DNA of 64,000 nt from Octopus vulgaris. Its lineage: Eukaryota. A program made the position numbers and the translations under genes. Under the pieces are notes generated by a model, which was not told the origin of the DNA, made no database searches, and was given only the letters and a program-made list of their open reading frames with translations. Positions 54,530-64,000 of this stretch are shown piece by piece. The first letter of the stretch is position 1. Each line of letters begins with the position of its first letter. The stretch spans positions 16,306,001 through 16,370,000 of the forward strand of contig OX597818.1 of the NCBI GenBank assembly GCA_951406725.2, written 5' to 3'.

Positions 54530-55173
54530 GGACTCCTCGTTTAAGTTGGTGAAATGCTGGCATAGTTCTTGCCTTCATCTTCGGTACACCCACACATAAT
54601 ACTCAAAGGGGTTGCAGTCTGGGGAGTTACTTGGCCAGATGTTAAGGGTGATGTGGTCGCAGAAATTGACTGACAGCCATGCATGGTCTATCCTGCTTGT
54701 GTGGCATAGTGCAGAGACTTGTTGCCAGACATAATGTCTCCAGCAGCCACCTTTTTCATCCAGAGCAGCCCTTCCGTCTCCAGACATTTGATGTAGGCCT
54801 CCGTGTTGAGTTTGAGGCCATGTGGAAAGATGAATTGGGGCATAACGTCGCCATCACTAATGACCACTCCAAACACCATGATGTTGAATGGATGTTTAAT
54901 TTTTATCACACTCGGTACATGTCTTCAGATCGCACTGTCCTCAGATTGGCACCCAAACACTGAAATGTTCGTATTGAAGCTTCAGGCGTGAATGCCAAGC
55001 AGTACATGTTGCTTTCAAATTTCTGTGAGAGTGAATTGCGTCATGGCGCTATTTTTCTCACAGACGGTGCGCAACTGACCCTACTATACCGTGTAGCCGA
55101 CAAAATCAAAAACAAACTATGCGCCTACGCGAAATTAGAAATATAAAATGGCGGCAACTTATCCTTCGCTCTC

Positions 55174-55175
<2 letters not shown>
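54530..55175 (-). mobile_element. Internally deleted second copy of the Tc1/mariner element
   Basis: ORFs 54688-54909 and 54575-54787 are nearly identical to 51280-51590. The 5' part matches 50640-50800. Confidence 0.85.
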
Positions 55176-55239
<64 letters not shown>

Positions 55240-55240
<1 letters not shown>

Positions 55241-56910
55241 TAGCAGTAGAGCCTGGCGTTGCCCGAGATTAAGTTAAGATTATCAAGCTAATAAAGTATT
55301 TGTTTCAAACCAAACTAAGTTACACCGACGTTAAATTTGAGCGAGATCCATTGATATTGGTAAACGTTTGGCTGAAAATGGGTTGCAGACAACTTGATTG
55401 GGAAATCCCACAAGGAATCGGTTTATCGATTTTTCCACTCATCGATTGTTTTTTTTTGGGGGGGGAGCACTTAAAGCATTCAAAAATCCCATGAGTCCTA
55501 AGTAACGCCGGCATAGGTTTCAACAAAGTACGTCAAAATTGGGAAAAGTTATAGTTGAAAATGGGGTGTAGCCAATTTTAGTGGGAAATCCTATAAGGAA
55601 TTGGTTTATCGCTTTTACATCCTGATTGAATGGAAAACCCTATAAGGAATCAGTTTATTGATTTTTCACCCTAAATAGGACTTAACCGAACACAACATTG
55701 CTGATTCAAAAAGAATCTCTATATTTATACTTTAAAGTTGGTTTTCACACCCAACCCAGTTCTGCAGAATCAGTGTCATGACGGGTACGCTTGGGCTGGG
55801 AGTGTGACCGGCAGAGGTGATCAGGTTTCACATGCCGGCCGTTTCGAAACTTCTCCCCCATCATCTAACCCTGGCCCATGGGTTGGAAACCCTTCCGGCA
55901 AGGAAAATAGAACGCCCAAAAGGGCTCTCGATCCTCTGTGTCAGAAGATGTTATGTTCAGATCACAACTAAGCCTTAACCGAAGCCTAAACTAAACTAAC
56001 TAAAGTGGGCTCGGGAACCTCTAAAAGGCAGTGACTAATCCTAACTCCTCCTAGGGGTACTATCGTTCAAGGCTGCATCGAAGCTAAAGGTTGCCTCGTA
56101 GATCTGCATCGAAGATCTGCATTGGGGAAGGTTGCATCGAAGGTTTGTACTGGATAAGGATGGATCAATGGTTTGCATTAGAGATCTGCAGTTAAGAAGG
56201 TTGACTAAAAGATTTGGATTGGATAAGGTAGCATTAGAGATCTGAATTGGAGAAGGTTGATTCGAAGGCTTGCATTGGGGATTCGGATTGGAGTAGCTTA
56301 GGAAAACTTACCAACAGACTTAACAAAAAAATAAGGGGCCTGGCCCTTCTAGCCTAACTCTATGAGCAACTTGGCCAAGCGCTGATATCAGCCAAGTGAG
56401 CATTGTTGTTGGAGAAGTCAGCATTGTCCAGTAAAGAAGAGGAAGAGTCCATGAGTCATGTTTGCCGTCGTTTGAGAATATGTCCGACCAATGCTTCCGG
56501 CTTATAACCACATAGGCTACAATGATGACTTGTTCTTTCTACGTCTATAAAACTTCACTATAGACAACATTGCGTGTTCTGCCCTGAGGATCATACACAA
56601 AAAGAGCGTTTCTACTCCCCACACGAGAGCAGGCCACATGAAGTTGCCCATGTGAAAAGCACGGCTCTCCCAAATGGATGCCCGCTACCGATAGTGTTTG
56701 GCCTTGGGATTTGTTGATGGACATGGTGAAACATGGCCTCACCGGGAACTGCGATCTGCGGAAGTTAAACGGCATCCCGAGAGATAAAGGTGCATCCTTG
56801 GAATGAAACATTTTCCCCGCTCCTGCACCCCGTAACAATGGTGGCTTCAATAAAGTGGGGCGTCAGGGACTTGTCTACCAAGCGGGTCCCGTTGCACTGT
56901 TTAGGCGGAT
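55240..56910 (-). mobile_element. 3' portion of a Helitron of the 41010-43090 family, retaining the Pif1 C-terminus
   Basis: 55240-56150 is the reverse complement of ~42320-43090, including the CTAG end. ORF 56545-56850 has FPVRPCFTMSINKSQGQTL and HGQLHVACSRV. Confidence 0.85.
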
Positions 56911-57053
56911 AAAGCGTGTAGTCTTTATCCCATTTGAGTTTTATTGAATGGTTCTATAAAATTTTCTTAACAATAGGATATATTGTAAGTTTACACACAC
57001 ATACACACACACACATACACACCCAAACACATACACACACATACACACACATA

Positions 57054-57100
<47 letters not shown>

Positions 57101-57655
57101 ACTTGGTGTTACTGTTGTTGTGATGCGTGTAGTCTTTATTCCATTTGAGTAGTTGTTTTGAGTGAAAACGTGCCGTTTGAAGTATTCATCTCGTTGGATG
57201 GTAGGTTTTCTTGAGTGGGGGATTAAAGCAGTGACTTATTTCTGGTATCATTATATCATTGAAGATTTTATGGCAGGAGATAAGTTTCAGTGAAGGCTAA
57301 TCTTTGTTTTGAGTCACAGAGTTGTCAATGATCTATCAGCTGTTAAGGTACAGCGTTCGGTAAATTCCGTAAAAAAATTTTATTTGTTTTTTTTAACTGG
57401 AAATGTACATTTAATTTGACGTTAGCATAAAGTGAAAAAGAGAGAAAATTACAGGGACATGTGTATATGTTGATGGTGGGATGTGAGATAGAAAGTGTGT
57501 GTGTGAGAGAGAGAGAAGGTGTGTGCTGATGTGTGTGTGTGTGTGTTTGTGAGGGAGAGAGGGAGAGTGACAGCGTACATTTTTTAAATTTATTTTCCCT
57601 CGCATCTTTTTGGAGTGAGTGATTAACTGAAAGAGAGAGAGTGAGAGAGAGAGAG

Positions 57656-57687
<32 letters not shown>

Positions 57688-57855
57688 ATAGCGTAACACC
57701 CCTCTCTCTCACACACCAAAAAAAGATGCGAGAAAAAGCAAATAAAATTTATGGTATCTCTCTCTGTCTCTCGCTGTTTCTCTCTCTCTCTGTCTCACAC
57801 ACACAGTAACATACACTTTCTCTCTCATTCCGACAACACACATCACTCTCTTTGT

Positions 57856-57889
<34 letters not shown>

Positions 57890-58619
57890 CTCTCTGTCTG
57901 TCTCTCTCGCTCAGTCAATCACGCACACACTCAAGAAAGATGTGAGGAAGACAATTTTTTTTGCTTATAACAGGGGAAAACAAAAAAATAGATAGAAGTA
58001 TGGTTAGAGGATGAATAATTAGTATAGAGATCATGAGGGAAGAAGAAGAAGAAGAAGAAGAAGAAGAAGAAGAAGAAGAAGAAGAAGAAGAAGAAGAAGA
58101 AGAAGAAGAAGAAGAAGAAGAAGAAGAAGAAGAAGAAGAAAAAGAAGAAGGAAAAAGCAATATATAACAAGTCGGTGTATCTGGACTAAAGATTCTCAAA
58201 ATGGTCAACGATTCCCAGAATACTTATAGGTAAAAGCAGAGAACTGGAGTTCAGAAAAGTGATTTAAAAATTTATAAACAATGTTATTTTTCAACGAATA
58301 TGGTTTGGGTGCATTGAAGATATGTAAAATAAAGAAAATATAGAATATATAGAAAAATAAATTTGAAATTTAAAATTTCAGTATGTCCAAGAGCACTAGT
58401 ATAATTACAATATCGTGTCATATGATAAGTTGGTAAGATGTATAGATTGAAAATTAATACTTAGTAACGTTGATATAATAGCCCTATAAAGGAGACTGCA
58501 GTAAAATGGTTTTATAAAGTTTGAAGATTAAGAAAGATATAGTTTAAAGATTAAGAAAGATAAAGATTAAGATTTAGAATGAGCAGAAGCAAAACTTTAT
58601 ATTAAGTTTTGCAGTAAGT

Positions 58620-59300
58620 TGCTAATTTTAAATGATAAATTGAATGTGAGAAACTTTTCGGAACAAATGCCCGATATACAATCACCTAAGAAGGCCTTCA
58701 TGTATGCCCTGCCACTTCTGTCGATAGACAAGCAAATCATGCAGAGTCCCTCTTGGAGCTACGAGCTGATAGTGATAAAGAATGTGATTCAGAGTAAAAG
58801 AGTCGCGTAGTCTGACACTTATTAGAATAGTGCAAGATAAAAGTAAAATTTAGAATAGCTGGAGAAAGCATTCCAAGAGATTAGGAAGAACCATTTAAGA
58901 GATTGGGGCATATATACGCTGGGACATTGTCAGATACGAGTCGTGGGATGCAGATCATGAAACAAGCCAGGAGTGGACTAACAGTTGGTTCGAAGCTACC
59001 AGGGAAGCAAACTAAGGTGCTTACATTTCGGCTTATATCCGCAACTTTCGTGGCCACTTTTAATATACGAGGTGGCATAACACGAGTCCAAATCATTGAG
59101 AAAAAGTGCAATGCATTCATTAGAAAGTGGTTAGGCGTACGTCGGATATTGAACAGCTCAGCTTTTTATCGAAAAGAGGCTCAATGCAATTACCACTGGA
59201 GTCAGTAGTCGAAATTAATGTAGTAAGGAAGGTGTGAACGGTGATGATGCTAAGAGAGTCGAAGGATGTAGAAATCAGGTGAAATCCACCAGATTACTAT
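58620..59300 (+). mobile_element. Old R2-like retroelement RT-thumb relic just downstream of paralogue C (homologous copies 10080-10730 and 8720-8900)
   Basis: EEPFKRLGHIY...KLPGKQTKV...KCNAFIRKWLGVRRILNSSAFY. The same sequence lies downstream of paralogue A. Confidence 0.55.
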
Positions 59301-59383
59301 ACAAAGTAGTTAAAACTGATGGAATAATTTCTGGAATATTGGAATAATTATATTTTTGGGAAAATGTTAATAGTTTCGTAAAT

Positions 59384-62200
59384 TCATTTGGATTCATTTC
59401 CTTTTGGAAATTCATAAATTGTGTGAATAACTTTGTGTGACAGAGACGTATCAAAATGAAATTTAGCATTAATTTTCGACAATACATTAGGCATCCATGA
59501 AGTCATCAATATCAAAGCAATCCGTGCGAATGCTGATAGATCAAAATCCTTTCGATTTATTATGTTATTGCAAGCAAAGAAAAAAGATACGATTAAAAAT
59601 AATTTTACAATGGCTTTACCAATCTCGTAACTCAAAGGAAAATACTCGTTAACGATTGCTTCAAACAATTTGGCATCAATGTATTCCTCTTTATATTTTA
59701 ACTGAACTAAATTTGGTTTTATAGTTTCAGTAAACTTTATTGATTGAACTAGTATCCCTTTATAATGTTCCTGAATAGCGTTCATAACTGTAAAAGCGTG
59801 AACGAAAAACATGGCAATAAGCCATATACCACCGACAGTATCAGGTTTAGCAAGCATTGCAATAGCTATTGAAAATACATAAGTGCAAATGATTTGAAAA
59901 CTCATAAGAAATACATAGCCTGAAGCAAATGCCCATAATATAAAAAACGGCAATGACGGCAATGATAAAATTTTATCAGGACACTTGGAAGGATATATAT
60001 TTTTCTTCATTAGAGATAAAATATATTTTTTGAAATAACTTAATGGTAAAGTTAGAATCAAATATATGAATGGGATTCCGTAATAAACGAGGCGGAGAAG
60101 TAATTCACAGATAGAAAATACAACAGATAAAATCGTAGCCAAAATAGGAAGCAAACATAATATAATTTTTATAAAAATATTACTCTTGCAGAAAATAGTC
60201 CACATTTTATGTATACGCGTAATCCACTTAACAAATATAGATTTCCAGAAATATGGGTCGGCAGCAATGAAAACTTTAACTTTAATTATTGCAAGGAGTC
60301 GATCATAACCCTGAAGTGTAGAAAAAGAATCTTCTTTGAGTTTTGTATCTAATATACTTTCAGCGATAATCTCACTTAAATGACTGGGAAGAACAAACAG
60401 GATAAAATTAAAAATTATGTAGCTGATTATCCCCAAAAAGGGACCCCAAACAAAACAATCTGAAAGTTCATAGCTTTTCTGGATTCCTAGAATGAAGGAG
60501 CGATAACCCAATGGAATGCGATCATGTAAAAATATTGTCACCGTTTCATATAAAAATAAGTAATACATTAAAAGATCTAGAAGAATTACTGAGAGAGAAA
60601 GCAAAATAAGAGTACCTCTTCTTAGTCTTGAAACAAACAAAGTCGAATAATGAAAACAAAACAACCAATATAAAAAATGAGAGAAACTGTAAATATTATG
60701 TTGTATACTAATCCATTCTGATTTGTCTGGCAATGCGTATTTACATAGATATTCATTGTTAGGTAATTGTTGCTGGTTAGGTTCTAGGGAGTTTGGCGAT
60801 GTGTCTTCATTTTGAGAATTTAATCTCTCGTTAGTTGACTGTTGCTTGTTAGGTTCTAGGGAATTCGGCGATGTGTCTTCATTTCGAGAATGCACTTCCT
60901 CGTTAATTGATGGTTGCTGGTTAGGTTCATTTGAATTTGGTGATGAGGGTAGAATTTCCAAATGCACTTCCTCGTTAGTTGATTGTTGATGGTTAGGTTC
61001 TAGGGAATTTGGTGATGAGGGTAGAATTTCCAAATGCACTTCCTCGTTAGTTGATTGTTGATGGTTAGGTTCTAAGGAATTTGGTGATGAGGGTAGAATT
61101 TCCAAATGCACTTCCTCGTTAGTTGATTGTTGATGGTTAGGTTCTAGGGAATTTGGTGATGAGGGTAGAATTTCCAAATGCACTTCCTCGTTAGTTGATT
61201 GTTGATGGTTAGGTTCTAGGGAATTTGGTGATGAGGGTAGAATTTCCAAATGCACTTCCTCGTTAGTTGATTGTTGATGGTTAGGTTCTAGGGAATTTGG
61301 TGATGAGGGTAGAGTTTCCAAATGCACTTCCTCGTTAGTTGATTGTTGCTGGTTAGGTTCATTTGAATTTGGTGATGAGGGTAGAATATCCAAATGCACC
61401 TCCGCGTTACCTGATTGTGGCTGGTTGCAGGAATACGGAGGTAATTTAGCTTTTGATATAAACCTGATATACAATGGAAATATGGCCAACAGAACTGCTC
61501 CAACAGCATTTGCACAATTGACAAACATACTGTTTTCAATGGTATTTCCAGAACAAATGGATTTTGGTTGATAAGTAGTATTATCATTTTTATGTAGTTC
61601 ACAACAATAATTCTTCAGTATCTCACGATAAATACCCAATATTCTGTACGCTAATAACGTATAAGGACTGTTCTTCTGCATGTCGTGCGACAAATTTATA
61701 AAGAAACACATATATCCAGATTCTCCCATCTGCGATTCATTGATAAATACGATTCTCTTTAATTCCTCGAAAATCGAATATATTACATCGTATCGCTGAA
61801 CATTTTGTTTTCCACAATTCATATCGATATCAATACTTGGAGTAGCAATGTAAGCGTCTAATATATTAAATGAGCGAATTGAAAAGTCAAAGAGGACATT
61901 TTTATACATTACCAAACCATCTGGTTTATCTGGAATCCATGTGAAACGTCTCGCATTTGCAAAATAATCTAGTGGCACAGGATTGAGAAGGCCATCAATT
62001 TTTTTATCAATTATATGGACTTCAAAATTGAAAACTTGTTTGCCTGATCTTACTAGACGAGTTAAATTTTTAATGACAGTGGGAGAAATTTCAGTTGTAC
62101 AATTATTTCTGTGTTCTTTTGCATATGTGTTTAGTGATGTGAGAGAAATAATAAGGATGACTGATAAAAGAGGTGCTGTTACCATCTGCATGACAGCCAT
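59384..62200 (-). CDS. Uncharacterised multi-pass membrane protein, paralogue C (938 aa, intact, with 9 x 24-aa repeat insert)
   Basis: 938-codon ORF aligning end to end with 35072-37282 (shared LLNPVPLDY, WIPDKPDGLV, MGESGYMCFFINLSHD, HDRIPLGYR, LAKPDTVG, IVKLFLIVSFFFACNNII). Extra length comes from a tandem repeat after the first TM segment. Confidence 0.88.
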   Translation of the reverse strand: MAVMQMVTAPLLSVILIISLTSLNTYAKEHRNNCTTEISPTVIKNLTRLVRSGKQVFNFEVHIIDKKIDGLLNPVPLDYFANARRFTWIPDKPDGLVMYKNVLFDFSIRSFNILDAYIATPSIDIDMNCGKQNVQRYDVIYSIFEELKRIVFINESQMGESGYMCFFINLSHDMQKNSPYTLLAYRILGIYREILKNYCCELHKNDNTTYQPKSICSGNTIENSMFVNCANAVGAVLLAIFPLYIRFISKAKLPPYSCNQPQSGNAEVHLDILPSSPNSNEPNQQQSTNEEVHLETLPSSPNSLEPNHQQSTNEEVHLEILPSSPNSLEPNHQQSTNEEVHLEILPSSPNSLEPNHQQSTNEEVHLEILPSSPNSLEPNHQQSTNEEVHLEILPSSPNSLEPNHQQSTNEEVHLEILPSSPNSNEPNQQPSINEEVHSRNEDTSPNSLEPNKQQSTNERLNSQNEDTSPNSLEPNQQQLPNNEYLCKYALPDKSEWISIQHNIYSFSHFLYWLFCFHYSTLFVSRLRRGTLILLSLSVILLDLLMYYLFLYETVTIFLHDRIPLGYRSFILGIQKSYELSDCFVWGPFLGIISYIIFNFILFVLPSHLSEIIAESILDTKLKEDSFSTLQGYDRLLAIIKVKVFIAADPYFWKSIFVKWITRIHKMWTIFCKSNIFIKIILCLLPILATILSVVFSICELLLRLVYYGIPFIYLILTLPLSYFKKYILSLMKKNIYPSKCPDKILSLPSLPFFILWAFASGYVFLMSFQIICTYVFSIAIAMLAKPDTVGGIWLIAMFFVHAFTVMNAIQEHYKGILVQSIKFTETIKPNLVQLKYKEEYIDAKLFEAIVNEYFPLSYEIGKAIVKLFLIVSFFFACNNIINRKDFDLSAFARIALILMTSWMPNVLSKINAKFHFDTSLSHKVIHTIYEFPKGNESK
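60760..61410 (-). repeat. Coding minisatellite, 9 x 72 bp (NEEVHLEILPSSPNSLEPNHQQST)
   Basis: Motif cttcctcgttagttga recurs with a 72-bp period from ~60824 to ~61400. Central units are nearly identical and outer units are diverged. Confidence 0.95.
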
Positions 62201-63839
62201 GTTTCGTTTTCTGTAATAAAGAAAAATTGAACATATAAATTAATGGAGGTTTAATTTCATTTTCCTTATTCCGTAACTATTTAGAATGGAAAATATTTAT
62301 TCAAAACTAAAGGTAACTGTCTTGTAGCTTGTTTAGTTTTGTTTATTCTTTAATCATGCTTTCGTTCATAGTCATGCTGTGTATATTTTCATATCAATCT
62401 CTTGACACTTCCTCTTGAAATTTTTATTGTGATTTCTTTGAGTGCAAAAAAAAAGAAAGAAAGAAAGAAAGAAATAAAGAAAGAAAGGAAGAAAGAAAGA
62501 ATGAAAGAAAGAAAAAAAACGGACAGAAAAAAGATACATTTTACACGGTATTGGATGGTTCCTAGTTGAAGATTAGTCCAGTTTTATCAAAATAGTAAAA
62601 TATTATATCAGTTGAATCAAGTGATATTTGAACTAAAATTATGGATGTATATATATCATAATGAAGAAAGTTATTCATTAATTATATGTGTAACAGTTAC
62701 TAAAAGAAAGCAATTATTAAAGGCTTGACCATCTGGAATTTTTTATAAATTCATGTTCCAAGAAATTTCCTGTAATTTTGATTTCTGAAGATTATGTAAT
62801 ATTTGAACTACAAGTGTTTTTACAGATTTGAATATTCAGAGTAGACTTTAATGTTTAATAAACTATATTCGTTGCAGGTGAAATTTTCCATTTTCATTTG
62901 CAACAGTCTCTCACTCTCTCTCGCCTCTATTTTCATTGATGATAATTTAATATATATTCATTTCAATATTTTCATTTCAATTTTTAATTCGCTATTTGCA
63001 AATCCTACAGTTTATTCTATATACGTAATTTTTAAAAAAATTATTTAATGAATGAATGAATGCTATTAGACAAAATAGCTGTATAACTTTAAAGCTTATG
63101 TTAATATCAGTTTCCGGAATTTGTTAAATGAATAATTTTGATAAAATGAAAATTTCTTAATATACCGGCATAAATTTTTTAATAAATAAAGAAGAGATTT
63201 TGTTGGTGGCTGTTTGGAACGCTATAAGCCTTCCAATAATAAACATGTGATCGCTGCTACTTCCAGCACGCTAAACGTAGTTGGGTTACCTTGAAGATTC
63301 TTTAAATGAGAGGTATATTACAACAACGATAAATTACTGGAAGAAATATTTACTAAGCAACACTCCTAGTTTGGTTTCATTATTACACAAATATCACTTT
63401 GGAATTTTGTGTCCAAAAAAATTTGCGACTGAAAATATCAATGTGAAAATATTGTCAAGTGGCTAGCAGAAAACCACCCGGAGGGCAATCTTTCTGCAAG
63501 TGGGATTAATATTGGAAATAATTTCATTATTTTAATAGGCTGGTGGCAGAAAGTTGGCAGAATTGTTTGCATGCCGGATAAAATGCTTTGTAGTGTTTTT
63601 GTCTGTCTTTATATACTATTTTCAAATTCCACCGAGATCGGCTTATTTTTTCGGGGTCAACAAAAACTTCTATCTTTTAGTCGTTTCAGTCGTTATACTG
63701 CGGCTCTGCTAGGACCCCACCTTTAGCTTTTAGTCGAATGAATCAACCCTTATACTTATTTTTAAGCCCAGTACTCATTCTGTCGATCACTTTGCCCAAC
63801 CGTTAATTTATGGTAATGCAGTCACACAAACACCAGTTG

Positions 63840-63879
<40 letters not shown>

Positions 63880-64000
63880 TATTTCCTTGTCCTGTCTTTT
63901 ACTGTTTTTGTCGTTATTTATACTGTTTTTTTCTTCATTTGTATTGCTTTTACGTCCTGTTCTTGTCACTTTTTTTTTATTTTACCCCTCCGCAAATGAA

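Noticed and set aside
60760-61410. Regular 72-bp repeats as a CRISPR array
   Set aside because: No unique spacers, the repeats are in frame within a eukaryotic ORF, and there are no cas genes.

Overview
AT-rich, microsatellite-dense eukaryotic DNA. The repeat landscape suggests an octopus or other cephalopod (inference, not verified). No prokaryotic operons, rRNA or CRISPR arrays are present. The only host genes are three same-strand (minus) paralogues of an unrecognised family, each with a single coding exon encoding a signal peptide, a 6-Cys ectodomain and roughly 9-10 hydrophobic segments. They are a pseudogene (~10.7-13.0 kb), an intact 736-aa copy (35072-37282) and an intact 938-aa copy (59384-62200) with nine 24-aa tandem repeats. 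Conserved splice sites indicate non-coding upstream exons and a probable fourth paralogue left of the window. The rest is mobile DNA: a nearly intact Helitron (STPR-like repeats, HUH Rep, Pif1), two related non-autonomous or truncated Helitrons, an OTU-Helitron relic, about six R4/Dong-like retrotransposon copies stacked in (TAA)n arrays, two Tc1/mariner copies, MITEs, SINEs, fold-back palindromes, and several minimal type-I hammerhead ribozyme motifs of the Penelope-like kind. All calls come from reading the sequence and ORF track; no database search was run.
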